A stretch of DNA of 64,000 nt from assembly GCF_009914755.1 (NCBI RefSeq), contig NC_060935.1. One strand, given 5' to 3'. Below, piece by piece: positions 28,531-44,250 of this stretch; positions within the stretch are counted from its first letter, which is position 1, and the number at the start of each line of letters is the position of its first letter. Position numbers and translations under genes: made by a program. The stretch comes from the human T2T-CHM13v2.0 reference genome, Homo sapiens. The notes below the pieces were generated by a model that was given only the letters and a program-made list of their open reading frames with translations, was not told the origin of the DNA and searched no databases.

Positions 28531-29259
28531 AACCCTGTGATGAACAAAACAGAGTTGCACAAAACTGAAATGTATGTGTTATTTTATTATAGCAATGATT
28601 TGTTTTCTATATTTCCTAGATCAAAATTATGGATATGAAAACACAATTTAGTGGATAACTTATCTATACAGTAATAGACTTTTGAAGAAAAAGGGTCTTC
28701 GTGGATCATCTTTCCAGCTTCTTAATTTTGTGTCTGAGTAAATGGAGTCATAGGAAGGGAATAATGAGTTGTCCAATGTCACATGCCTGAAGTGAATCTA
28801 TCTCCCAAATAATATGTTTTTTGAATCTAACATCTTAAACACACTTATAGTTGTCTCATGCCAGATGCTTTATATGTACATCCTCATAGAATTCTCTCAT
28901 TAATCCTATTATTTAATTAGTTATTATTGCCAATTTATACATGAAGTATCTTGGTAGAAAAAAAGAGTTTGAATAATTTATTCAAGATTACACAAGCACC
29001 AGTAGATAGAACCAAGCTTTAGACACAATCAGGGTGGTTCCCAACCTAAATTAAAAGAATTAAAATTCTTTTAATGAATTTGAATTATTTTAAATGTTAA
29101 TCTATTTATATGTACTCATTCTATCTATTATACCAAGCATAACATATGAAGTTGCATAGTAGAGCAATGCACAAATAAATGCATACTAGATGAAGTGGAA
29201 TAAATGCAGCATTAATGTCATGTGCAACCAACAAAGCCAATTCTGCAGAGAAGATATAG

Positions 29260-29520
29260 CATTGGGTATAAAATCTAGGACTCTAAGAAGAGGTAGATTT
29301 GTATTAACTCATAAGCCCTAACATTTACTACTTGGGAGACACTGGTCTTAATCTAACTTCCTTGAATCTCATTTTATCCATTAGTCAAATGAAGATGATA
29401 TTAGGACTTATGTCAAGAGATTATTTTGAGAGTTAAATGAGATAATGCTCAGCTGTTGGCAAAATGTGGGCACTCAGCACAGTCCTGATGAGTGCTAGCT
29501 ATAATATTATTATTAGGATG
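29260..29520. mobile_element. MIR in OR intron, shared by all five units (also about 14860-15090, 20000-20270, 36980-37220, 58590-58850)
   Basis: MIR core cttaatctaacttccttgaatctcattttatcc...aaatgaagatgata...gagagttaaatgagataatg at an equivalent position in each cassette. Confidence 0.75.
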
Positions 29521-30129
29521 GAATGGTGGTGCATATGTTGGTGTAGAACACATAGAGGTGACACACAGGGCTGAAAGTGTGGGTGGGTTTTCAAGTTGGC
29601 AGTTTTACTCTGTCTGATCTGTATTTTCTTACACACTATGTCCAGTCTTTTGTTTCCTTCAGCATTTCTCACTCTATCCATTCTTTGCCAGGTGAATGAC
29701 TGTGTCAGCCAACTAGCATGAGAACCCAGGGATCTTCAAGTCCTGTTGTGTTTAATTTCTCCCTTTCAAACTACATTTTACCTTGTGTTGAAACAATCCC
29801 CTTTTATCTTAGACACATTCTTCCTGTCATTACTCTCAACACTTAGCAGGATATCAGATATTGAGGGTTGGAGGTTCGTAGTCTTGGGGGCTGACTGTAG
29901 GCTGCAGATGTGTTTATGCACAATCTTTTTATTTGAATTTGAATCTGCCAGAAGGACATTCATTTCCTCATAACCACTATTGATTGTCTATCATTTTTCT
30001 CCTGCCCCCAGTACACATCAGTTGACACTTCTAGAATTCAAATTATTTGTTTGCCAAAAAACTACCCACATAATAATATAAGCTACAATTTTTATTGTTT
30101 TTCTTTAAAAATTTACTATGTTCTATGAC

Positions 30130-30302
30130 AACTGAAAGGTTCTCACTGTACCTACCTGGATAATCTAGGATAATCCTACCATCTCAACATGTTAATTTAA
30201 TCACTGTGAAGTTTGTAAAAAAATCACATAAGGCCACATGTTTATGGGTTTCAGAAGTTAAGATATGACCACCTTTGGGGAACATTATTAAGGCTGCCAT
30301 AA
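30130..30302. mobile_element. MLT1 LTR fragment shared with unit 5 (60760-60922)
   Basis: cctacctggataatctaggataat...ggctgcca versus cctacctggataatccaggataat...ggctgccaca. Confidence 0.65.
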
Positions 30303-31799
30303 TGAGTATGAATATTATATATCATAGGTAAATTATCTCTAGAATCAGAAATGGTTGAGACATCTTCACAGATCACATAGCCAACTTCCTAATTGTATAT
30401 ATGAATCACTAGAGGAGCAGAGAAAGTATTAAATTCTCAAGTTCACATATCTGGAATACATTGATTTTATAAATCAGATCTTCTAAAGTTACTAGCAGCT
30501 TAGCCTTTGTACTTATGAACCAGTTTGTTTCATGAATGATAGAGAGATGATAGATTGACAGACATAGATATCAGAGCATGGAGAGAGAGAGAGAGAGAGT
30601 ATTTATACAGACAGATATATAACCCCATTTGCTGTTAAATATTGGGAGATTAGAGGAGTTTTGTACCTTCCTCATATTCTACACTTAGTAAGATAAATTC
30701 AAGATTCAAACCCATGTCTAACCTATTCCAATTTCTGTGCCTTTAATCACTGCAATGTCAGATTTTCTAGATTAGCAAGTAATGAAAAAGTGAGATTGTG
30801 AGGAAATGATAGTAAAAATGGAATAGGGATCTTGGTAGTGTCATAATAATCTTTCTGAAGTCTATTGAAGAGTTGTTGCACCCTGTTTGGGGGAGCTATT
30901 CCTTCAGCGACAAACCAACACATAATAAACCAGATACATTTACCACCTACTCAATCAGAGCATCATCCAGCCTAGGGTTTTACTATCATCTTAGGGAGAG
31001 CAGCACGGCATTTCATAAATATCACTGTATCTGCTGGTTAAGTTTTCTTTTTTTTTTTTAAACAATGAATGCTAGACCCACTTCCATGTTTTAGAAAAAA
31101 CGTTCAAACAAGTAGATCTGAGCTCAAAAACTCATACAAGATGTAGCTGCCACACTGCTTTTGCATCAATTACATATTTCACCAAAAGTATATATTGAAT
31201 ATAGAGGCTTACCTTGCTCTTTGAAAAGAAGAAAAAGGCAGTTCTCAATTGTGAGTCTGAAATCAGAAATTCATTCTTGGGAGAATGCCTAAATAACATT
31301 GGAGAAATTCTCTATCATGTACTTTTCAGAAATGTTCAAGTTTTTTGAGGCATAAAGAGGTGGAGAAAGAATTATTAACATGGAGTGCTAACTCAAACAT
31401 GTCATTTTTCTATGTTGTATCATTTTTCTGTGTTGTGAAAGTCTGAGTTCAGGTTTTGCATGTACCATGGGTTTTTCTGTGAACTTGAAAAACTTATTTA
31501 TTTTCTGCTGAGCTCAGTTTCCTCATTTGTGGAATAGAAATGAGAAAATGTTTTCTCCCACAACTTCACACAATTGTATCTATACAGAGAAAATGACAGT
31601 GGACCTATACAGACCTTAGTAAGTTGTTATCCCTTCATCATGAACCAATACAATTTTTATCTTGGGAAGTTTTTTTCTGCCTTTGGTTGGAGAATCACTG
31701 CAATATTCTCAGTTTCAGGAAAGACCAGATTGTGCACTAAAAGTATTAGCTTTCATTTGGATGAATGAAGATTAAAGTGGCTCTGGTTAGAGTCTTATC

Positions 31800-31970
31800 C
31801 ATTTTAAATAACGTCATGTGGAGCCATACTATGATTTCAGATCTTACTGACTGGCAGCCAGGAGAAAAGTGTACATGTATGGAACTCTCTGGGAAACAGC
31901 GTCCCTATGAGGGCAATAGCTTTCCTTTATCTCACTTATCTAGGGAAGAGGCAATTACACAGCATCCAGT
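31800..31970 (-). promoter_or_regulatory. Putative OR5B17 promoter
   Basis: Degenerate homeodomain site TACTGA 31845, TCTCTGGGAA 31886, TCCCTATGAGGG 31902, CAATTA 31952; 5'UTR donor caag|GTAAGC at 31212. Confidence 0.65.
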
Positions 31971-32399
31971 GATAGAGTTTGTGTTGAGTCACATACATGT
32001 TTATTTGTGGTAATTGCTGTCATGCCTTTTTTCTCCCCCAATTTTATTAAGTTGTTATTACATACATGAGCAGTGTGTTGATCTATTTATATTTACTGTA
32101 TTATTGATGTGTAATACATGTCAAATATTTATTTTGTTTTCTTTTTATTCATTTTTCTACTTTCTATTTTATAACTTGTTATATCTGATAGCAACTGAAT
32201 TTGTAGATTGATAAACATAATCCCTGTTTTACTTTCTTGTGTTTACAATCAACTGATAAATATAACATAGGTGTCAGAGAAATGAAGATTAGAATATTCC
32301 TTAATATTTATATTCAATTCAAAAATTTGATTCAGATAAATAGGTGGATGGCCTTCTTTTCTATCTCAAATTACTATTTCCTAGCAAATATCGTTAGTG

Positions 32400-32745
32400 T
32401 TCTATCCATCCCCTCTTCACTTGTGTTGTCCATGTGCAGGCCAATACTTATTGTGAAATAAAGAATGTGAAATTTGCGTTTTGCAGACTTAGGGCTTAGA
32501 ATTTGCTGTAAAAGTAGGTTCAGCCCATGTGTGGAACATTTTAATTTCTGTGGTGTGGAACATTTTAATTTCTGTGGTATCAGCAATCAGTACATGATAG
32601 ATAGAAGTAGAGTGATAAGAACCCAATTCCTACTTTTTCAGGTGGTATAACTTTGAGACATATTTGATAGTTTTCCAGTGGTTCCTGATAGACTAAGGCC
32701 CAGTTTTCTTCAGGCATAACCTACTCACTAAAGAAACCCTTTATT
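32400..32745. mobile_element. LTR16-like ERVL LTR fragment (paralogue at about 63620-64000)
   Basis: Aligns to 63690-63922 (gagggctt...atcagta...gaagtagag...aaaccct(t/g)tatt); truncated here by an L1. Confidence 0.5.
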
Positions 32746-33432
32746 CCCCTTCCTGTGTCCAAGTGTTCTCATTGTTCAATTCCCACCTATGAGTGAGAAC
32801 ATGCAGTGTTTGGATTTTTGTCCTTGTGATAGTTTGCTGAGAATGATGGTTTCCAGCTTCATCCATGTCCCTGCAAAGGACATGAACTCATCATTTTTTA
32901 TGGCTGCATTTTATGGAATACTAAATTATTCCATGGTGTATATGTGCCACATTTTCTTAATCCAGTCTATCATTGATGGACATTTGGGTTGGTTCCAAGT
33001 CTTTGCTATTGTGAATAGTGCCGCAATAAACATACGTGTGCATGTGTCTTTATAGCAGCATGATTTATTCTCCTGTGCATATATACCCAGTAATGGGATG
33101 GCTGGGTCAAATGCTATTTCTAGTTCTAGATCCCTGAGAAATCACCACACTGACTTCCACAATAGTTGAACTAGTTTACAGTCCCACCAACTGTGTAAAA
33201 GTGTTCCTATTTCTCCACATCCTCTCAGCACCTGTTGTTTCCTGACTTTTTAAATGATCGCCATTCTAACTTGTATGAGATGGTATCTCATTGTGGTTTT
33301 GATTTGCATTTCTCTGATGGCCAGTGATGATGAGCATTTTTTCATGTGTCTTTTGGCTGCATAGGGGCCTGTTGTGGGGGTGGGGGTAGGGATAGCATTA
33401 GGAGATATACCTAATGTAAATGACGAGTTAAT
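32746..33432. mobile_element. L1PA fragment with twin-priming inversion and missing 3' tail
   Basis: Antisense 3' ORF2/UTR at 32746-33362, then sense ggggcctgttgtgggg...tgacgagttaat at 33363-33432; no poly-A. Confidence 0.85.
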
Positions 33433-34490
33433 ATATTCAAGATATATAACATTTCCATCACCACAAGGATCCCTCATGCTGACCTTTTATAGCCATGACC
33501 CCATTCCTTCTTAAATACTGGAAAAAAATCTGTCCTCCATTTTATAATTTTGTCATTTCACAAATGTTCTATGTATGTGGAATTATGCCTTGGATTTTTT
33601 GCGACCGTTTGAGACTGGCTGTTTTTACTCAGCATATTCTTCCCAATATTCATCCAGGTTTTTGAATGTATCAACAGTTTATTCCTTTTTATTGAGAGTA
33701 GTATTCAATGTGATGGATGTACCACAAGTTGTTAAACTTTCACCCAAGGAAGGATATCTGAATGGTTTCCAGCATGGTTTCTAATTTTTGACTATTATAA
33801 ATAAAGGTGCTATAAACATTTACACACAGTTATTTTTGTGAACATAAATAATCATGTTTCTGGGAAAATGCCCAGGAGTTCATTTGCTGGATCTTATGGC
33901 AGTTATGTATAAAAAACAAACAAACAAACTAACAAAAACAAACAAAAAAACACTAAACTATTTTCCATAGTCTATCTTATCTATTTTTGGTTTCTGTTCC
34001 AGAATTTCTAATTACTTTCTATAATTTCTGTTTCTTTATTAATAGTTCACTATTTCTTGAAATATCTTTTTCCTAGCTTCCTTTAGTTTCTTGTTCAAGA
34101 TTTCATTTAGCTCTTTGAGCGTATTTAGGATACATGTCTTAAAAGTGCAGAAAAATATAGAATCCTGATGAATGAAGTTTTAATAATTGAAATTAGTGTA
34201 TAGAAATATTATATTCATGAATTGAGAGACTTTATGTTGACTGCTCTGAAGATTCCTTGCAATCACAATTTAAATCCAAGCAGCCTTTTTAAAAAAATAA
34301 ATATGAATACACTGATTATAAATTATATGGAATGGCAAAGCTAATAAAGATAATAAAGTTGAAGCATGCACATTACCTGATTTCATGACCTTCTATAACT
34401 TATAATAATCCACATAAGTGTGGCATTGGGAAAAAGACACACAAATCAATGGAACAGATTATTGAATCTAGATATTGATGCATCGTATAT
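33433..34490. mobile_element. Old L1M fragments
   Basis: L1MC/MD-like 3'UTR antisense (aacatttccatcaccacaagg), then the same minus/plus L1 fusion seen at 6.3-6.8 kb. Confidence 0.6.
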
Positions 34491-34496
34491 AATCAT

Positions 34497-34718
34497 ATTT
34501 GCATATAACCCATGCAAATCCTCACATATACTTTAAATCATCTCTAGATAACTTGTAATACCTAACACAATGTAAATGCTATGTAAAGAGTTATTATACT
34601 GAATTTTTAAATTTGTATTACTTTTTATTTTTGTATTGTTATTATTTTTACAAATATTTATCTATCCATGGTTGGTTAAATCTGCAGATGCATAGCAGAG
34701 ACACAGAGAGACGATTGT
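34497..34718. mobile_element. MER2-like TcMar-Tigger MITE fragment
   Basis: tatttgcatataacc...ctttaaatcatctctaga...aatgtaaatgctatgtaaa...gttggttaaatctgcagatg. Confidence 0.8.
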
Positions 34719-35231
34719 ACTTTTATTTAAAAGTAAATCACATTTATTCTCAAATTAGGACTCTAAAACATTTATTCAACTAAATAAATAATATTATACA
34801 TAAACTGAAATTCAAATAATTAATTACTTAAATTATTTTTGTAAAAGTTAGCCATATTCGATTTAAATCTGGCAAATTTCCCACTCCTGTGTATATGTGC
34901 CCACATGAATAAATATGTTCATGGACCCATTTATGCACCTGTTTTACATGTGTGCTTTTCCTAATATTTGGTGGTGGACATGTATGAAGAATTAGTGAAT
35001 GAATCAAATATGTTCTATAAAGTTTTTGACAAGCAAAACCCAAGATATCTTACTATTCACCTTAGCTTTCTCTTTTAGGTATTATGTTTTTGGACATAAT
35101 ATTTCTTTTTTCCTAGAGAACAAACTTCTGAAGAAGTAATGGTATTATTTCAGAAACTTCCATGTGGGCCTTAAAATGCAATTCAGAACAGAGGAATGAA
35201 ACTAGGTATCATGCATCCTGCAATGTTAAAC

Positions 35232-36168
35232 TCACAATAATAGAGACAATTTTGCCTTCTCAATAACTTTCTTGAATGCGCTCTTCACTTCGTTGTTCCT
35301 CAGGCTATAGACCAGGGGGTTCAGCATGGGGATGATCATAGTATAGAACACAGATGCCAGTTTGTCTGTGTCCATGGAGTGACCAGAGCTGGGCTGTAAG
35401 TACATGAAGATAATAGTCCCATAGAAGATGATGACTGCAGTGAGGTGGGAGGCACAGGTGGACAAAGCCTTCTGGTATCCTGAAGCTGAGTGCATCTTTA
35501 GGATGGTGATAAATATGAATAGGTAGGAGATCAAGATAACTAGGATGGCAGAAAAGATATTGAAACTGGCTACATAAATGAGAACTAGCTCATTCACATG
35601 TCTATCACAGCAAGACAGAGCCATGACTGGTGGAACATCACAGAAAAAGCAATGGACTTCATTGGACATTCAGAAAGAGAGACAATGTTTCCCCAATGTG
35701 TATGGAGGCATTCAAGAAACCACAGACATAACAGATTATAGCCAGACATGCACACACACTTGTTGTCATGGTGGTGGTGTAATGTAGGGGTTTGCACACT
35801 GCATCATAGCGGTCATAGGCCATTGAGGCCAAGAGGAAATTTTCCACAGTGGCAAAGGCTGCAAAAAAGAACATTTGAGCAGCACATGCATTGTAAGAGA
35901 TGACCTTGTCTCCTATAACGAGCCCAGCTATGACTGTGGGAGTGACAGCTGAAGAGTAACAAAAGTCCACTAGAGACAGGTGACTGAGGAAAAAATACAT
36001 GGGAGTGTGGAGATGAATGTCCCAAACAATTAAAACAATCATCCCCAGGTTTCCAACCACATTGACAAGGTATATGAGAGTGAACATGATAAGGAGGGGG
36101 ACTTGTAGCTCTGGAGCATTGGTTAGTCCCAGGAGGATGAACTCTGTCACTTCTGTACAGTTCTTCAT
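35232..36168 (-). pseudogene. OR5B1P: Near-intact OR5B pseudogene (probably OR5B1P)
   Basis: [16 protein letters not shown]...[15 protein letters not shown], then MSNEVH...KALSTCASH...[12 protein letters not shown]. Length 937 bp = 939 minus 2. The only lesions seen are a 2-bp deletion after 35683 and TGT to TGA at 35670. Symbol from recalled gene order only. Confidence 0.9.
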
Positions 36169-38108
36169 CAATGTTATTAGAAAATCAGAGGATGCCTGCA
36201 GCAATGAGAAATAAAGGAAAAGAATGCTAATACATGTTGTGGAATAGATATTGCAATGAAATGGAAACATCTATATATTAGTGCATTATTTCATTATTAT
36301 AGTAATACACATTTTAAGATTCTATATATCTAAACATAAACTTAATTACAAAGTATAATGCCTTAAATAGCTGTAGAGTTATAAACTGCTGAATTGAAAA
36401 GATCTGCATGGATTATCTCTTACCAGTTTTCACCTTCCTATCATTGTAAACCAATATTTGGAAAATTATATAAAATTTCCAACATGTCTGAATAATATAT
36501 ATGGCAGGTGTGTGTATATATGTATACACACACACACACACACACATATACCAATTCAGTTTTTTTATTCTAGTAAAAACTTTTGCTTGTATATTGCCCA
36601 TCTGACAGAATTGCTCTAGATACTTTGTAAGTATATTCATTGATTCTTCTCAACAACAAGTTTGATTAGTTGTTACTTTCTTTTAGAGTGAGAGGCACAA
36701 GAGGTTGAGTAATTTATTCACATTTACATAAAAATTAATGGCAAGCCAAGCTTTGGACGCAAGCAGAGTGGTTTGAAAGCACAACATTCATAATTGTCTC
36801 TACATCAAATTGTTTAACTCAATCAAACAGTTACTTATCGCCTCCATTGGTACAAACTCAGTGTTTGAGATTTCACAGTGAACGAGAGAGATTTGCACAG
36901 CAGTTGTATGGTGATGACTGGGACAGTAGGGGCATGTATAATCAGTAAAGGTAATTCTGATGGGAAGACACAGAAATGGATATAGAGCTTGACCTCTGGT
37001 AAGAGCTGCATATCAGCTCAACCCTACCATTTGCTACCTAGGAATCATTGATCCTTACCTATCTCCTCTGAACCTCATTTTCTCTATCTGCAAAATGAAG
37101 ATAGTAATTATATCTACCTGAAGGTACTAATGTGAGATTTAAATGTGAAATGCATAAAACAATGCATAAATGTTGTATGGTTAGCCAACTTTATGAGTGC
37201 CAGCTACATTATTATTAGAATGAAAAAGTGAGTGATAACATTCAGATCTTTAGGTGTGGATGAGTTTTGAAGTCTTGTAACCTCCTTCATCATTTTGCTT
37301 ATTCTCACACAGTAGAGCCACTGAGATTTTCTGTACCTTTCAATAATTCTTCGTTGTTGCATCCATACAGTTGGCTGTGCTAGCCATCCCATGTAGCTGT
37401 TTTTTTGCTTAATATCTTTTTTGAAATCCATAGTTTAGCCTGCACTCAGTCTCCTTTTCTTATACTCATTCTTTCTCTCAGTAGTGGCATCCCATATTTG
37501 AATCACAGAAATCAAGGATTGAAAGCTCATAGTTTTTGTCTTGCTTTAGCCTGCAGATCTGTCTTTGTGACAAACTCCATGCAGTAAAATATTTTGTTTT
37601 AATATGTTCTTACGTAGGAACCATTTTAATTATTTTAATTTTAATATTAAGTCTTTGGAAGGATATCCATTCAATGCTAACTACTAGTCCCTTCCATCTT
37701 CCTCCTTCGCCTTTAGCAACTTCACTCCTCAAGCCAACCCCTTGAAGGCTTTCTGTTTATCTACTTTAACACACATGACCACTTTTCTCATATACCATGT
37801 TCTACAACCAATGATAAGTGGGTATATTTGTGTTATGCATGTGTGTGCAGTATAAGGTAGGTAGTCGTATTATTTTTATTTTACCATTAATGCAAATGAG
37901 AATTTATGAAGTTTTGGGATGCTGTACAATTACACAGCTAGTATGAGGAAGATTCAAAATTTAAACCCAGTTAGGACCTAATCAGCAGCCAGTGCTTTCA
38001 GCGATACCATTGTCAATGTGTATAGATGTACTAGAAGTAATAAGAATAAAATTATGGGGAAAATGTTAAAAAGTAGTTTGAAACTTATTTCCCTTTGGTA
38101 CTTCAGTA

Positions 38109-38403
38109 TTTTTTGTTTTTTGAGACAGAGTCTTGCTCTGTCACCCAGACTGGAGAGCAGTGGCACAATGTCTGCTCACTGCAACCTCCACCACCTGGGT
38201 TCAAGAGATTCTTGTGCCTCAGTCTCCCAAGTAGCTGGGAGTGCAGGCGTGCACCACCACACCCGGCTAATTTTTGTATTTTAGTAGAGACAGAGTTTCA
38301 CCATGTTGTCCAGGCTGGTGTCTTAACTCCTGACCTCAAGTAATCTTCCCGGCTCGGCCTCCCAAAGTGCAGGGATTACAGGCATGAGCCACCATGCCTG
38401 GTC
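38109..38403 (-). mobile_element. AluS SINE in intron of unit 4
   Basis: tttgagacagagtcttgctctgtcacccag...cctcccaaagtgcagggattacaggcatgagccacc. Confidence 0.95.
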
Positions 38404-38771
38404 AGTACCTTTAGTATTTTAACAAGGGTCATTGTACTCTTCTGTTTTTTTTCCTTACTTCCAAGAAGATGCTAACATACGGTGTATAAAATTAGTGTAC
38501 AAGATGAAATTACCACCAAATCAGTCAGAATATCACCTGTACTATTTTTTCTATATTTTTTAGGAGAGCAGCATAATGATATTTCATAAGTATCAGCTAA
38601 CTTCCAACTAATTAAAGATTTGAGGTTGATAACCCAGCTTCACCTCAGTTTTTTATAAAAATGTTGAGAACATTTATTTCTGTGCTTGAAACATCATAGT
38701 AGGTACAGCTATCCTATTGCCATTGTATAAATTCAGTTTTCACTAAAGGTGTATATTGAATAGAAGCTTAC

Positions 38772-38893
38772 CTTGCTCCTTAAAAACAGTGAAAGTCAAT
38801 CTTGAATAGTGAGTTCAATATCAGAAATCTTTCCATGCACAAATTCTGTTAGAGAAGCCCTTCCTCAGGTAGTGGTCAATGGTTTCAAGGTCT
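38772..38893 (-). other. Putative 5'UTR exon of unit 4 (both splice sites intact)
   Basis: Acceptor atctttctctgccttag|, donor caag|GTAAGCT; a further upstream donor ctccag|GTGACT near 39284. Confidence 0.55.
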
Positions 38894-39264
38894 CTAAGGC
38901 AGAGAAAGATGGGGGGAAAACACTAATTCATGTTCAGATCGTGAATCTATCATGTATTTTTTTCTGTCCTTCAATAACACACTTATCTCCTCCTTAATTG
39001 TAAAATAAACATAACAAAATTACCTCTCTCCTACAATTCACAGAATTGTGCTTGTCAATAGCAAATAAGAGAATGCCTGTATAATAACTCACTAAAGGAT
39101 TCTCATTTCAAGTCATTTGATATAATTTTTATCTCGGAGTGCTCCCTTGGCTATGGCTTCAGGCTCATAGGAAACCTTAAAATCAGGAGAAGGCCTATGT
39201 GTATGAACAACTATTAACATTCAGATGAATAAATGATGATCAAAGGGACTAGGATGAAAGTATG

Positions 39265-39440
39265 TCCCTCTAAAATAAAGTCACCTGGAGTCATGATAGA
39301 TTTCAGAAGCTAATGCATAGGAACCAGAAGTGAATTATAAAGACATGGTCCTCTCAAGGAATGTCCCCCATGAGACTATCTACAGCTCCTCTTCTCACTT
39401 TCCTAGAGAAGAAACAACAAAATTCCCTGTGGGGACCAAA
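39265..39440 (-). promoter_or_regulatory. Putative OR promoter, unit 4
   Basis: TAATGC 39311, TCTCAAGGAA 39352, CCCCATGAGA 39366, TTCCTAGAGA 39400. Confidence 0.65.
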
Positions 39441-40297
39441 TTGGATATTTTGAGTGTGCACATGTGTTTTTGTATTACTTACTATTTTGTATTTCTTGTT
39501 TCTTTTAAATTAATATGTAAGTGGGAAACCATAATATGCCCACATTGTAGTGTATATTTCTAAGACTTTTGTTAAATATATAGTCATGTAACCACTATCA
39601 TAATCACCTAATTTCCCAAGCTTATTTTCGATCAATGCCTTCTCCCGTCAGTGCTTCTGACAACCACTAAACTGCTTTTGTCCATAAAATTTTGCCTTTG
39701 CAAGAATATCTTTTACTAGAATCCTAGAATATGTAGTCTTTTTATGTCATCTTCCACTTAGCATAGTTCAGTTGAGATCCATCCCTTTGTTACGTGAGTC
39801 TGTTGTGAATTTTTTTAATTGCCAAATAGTATTTCATAACGTGAACTTTACATGTTTTTTTTAAAATTCTGAGTTGAAGACAATTTGTGTCATTTCTAGT
39901 GCTTGCTGACCATGAATCAAGCTGATCTAAGTATTGGCTAACATTTTTGTGTGGACATCGGTTTTTATTTCATTTTGATAAATACCTGGAAGTTAAGGTG
40001 TTTGTTCACATGGTAAATATCCTTAATTGAATAGAAAGCTCTCAAACTGTTTATGGAGGTGACTTTATCATTTTTTATTCCCAAGGGCATTTCATTTTTT
40101 TCATATCTTTGCCATCACTTGGTATTTTAAGGATTTTTCACATTCAATTTTAATTTAATTTAGTTGTCATTTTTGTTCTTTCTCAAAGATGTTTCAAGAG
40201 TCTTCTAAGCAAAATATTTTTTTTGAAAAACATACCTATTTTCCTTATTGCCACATTTATGGCCTGGGAACATCCTTTTATCTCCTAAAGAAAATAG

Positions 40298-42719
<2,422 letters not shown>

Positions 42720-43599
42720 TAGAAAATAGATCCATTCTTCCCTCTACTCAGACTATACTGAGTCCTCATTCCATAGCAGACTTATAATACTTTTCTTATC
42801 ACAGACAAGTATAGTGATTACAAGTGTGTTCTGTGTACTAAGGTGGTTTTGCTTCAAATTGAGTAAGCAATTTAATGTCACTAACTTTAATTTCTCTTCT
42901 GTAAGAAAGGAGATAATGTCATCTCATCCTTTTGAAATTGCCAAGATTATCATATCACATATTGCAAAGCAAAGAACAATTTCTAGCACATATCAAATGT
43001 TTGGTAGATTACTAATATTAATATTTTATTATTTATAAATATTGATACAGCATGGATCACAAAAATAGTGGTCTTCAAACATTCTATCTACTCTCTTACA
43101 TATGCCTGCCCTATTACAGCTAGACCAAGATACGTATTAGTTGCAGGCAATTGACTGCAAAAGACTAAATATGTGTCATTTCTGGGTGGACTGAAGCACA
43201 TATGTGACTGTCCAGTTGTTTCTCTCCTGCCACGGTGATTGAAGCGGCTTCGTGTTCCAGCAGGTGCACTAAAGATGGTAAGGCTGTCATCAGATTGTGT
43301 TTTGAGTGACCTCAAAGACATAGCCTTCTATTTGACCAGGCAACTTGTGTGATAGACAGAAATTATTAGTAGCATAAGTAATAAACAAATCTGTAGGGGA
43401 TGGATAATGGTCCCTAAACATGTCAGGTCCAAATCCTTGGAACTTATAAATAGGACCATATATGACAATGGCTTTGCAGTTGTGATTACATTAAAGGCAT
43501 TGAGATGGGGGATTTATCTTGATTATTTGGTGGGCCCTAAATGTCATAACCAACGTATTTACAAGAAGAGAGGCAGAAAAAATTGCAAATTAGGATATT

Positions 43600-44250
43600 C
43601 CAACAGTCTACCCCTCCTTAAAAACACTGTGGCAATTCTTCAAGGATTGATAACCAGAAATACCATTTGGCCCAACAATATACCCAAAGGATTATAAATC
43701 ATTCTATTATAAAGACACATGCACATGTATGTTTATTGCGGCACTGTTCACAATAGCAAAATCTTGGAACCAACCCAAATGCCTATCAGTGATAGTCTGG
43801 ATAAAGAAAATGTGGCACATATATACCATGGAGAACTATGCAGCCATAAAAAAGGATGAGCTCATGTCCTTTGCAGAGACATAGATGAAGCTGGAAACCA
43901 TCATTCTCAGCAAACTAACACAAGAACAGAAAACCAAACACTGCATGTTCTCACTAATAGGTGGGAGTTGAACAATGAGAACACATGGACACTGGGAGGG
44001 GAACATCACACACTGGGGCCTGATGGAGGCAGGGGACTAGGGGAGGGATAGCATTAGGAGAAATACCTAATGTAGATGATGGGTTGATGGGTGCAGCAAA
44101 CCACCATGGAACATGTATACCTATGTAACAAACCTGTATGTTCTGCACATGTACCCCAGAACTTAACATATAATAATAAAAGAAAACACTGAAAAAAAAA
44201 GAAAAAAGGAAAAAGAAAGGATGAAAGGAAAGAAGGAAAGACCAAAAAGA
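43600..44250 (+). mobile_element. L1PA7/8-like 3' fragment with A/GA-rich tail
   Basis: aaggattataaatcattcta...gatgggttgatgggtgcagcaaaccaccatgg...agaacttaa. Confidence 0.9.

Noticed and set aside
28476-28562. 29-aa N-terminal extension of OR5B17 in the ORF track (and the similar one at 36169-36270)
   Set aside because: It runs through the polypyrimidine tract and AG acceptor conserved in four cassettes, so it is intron read-through. The real start is MENNTEV.
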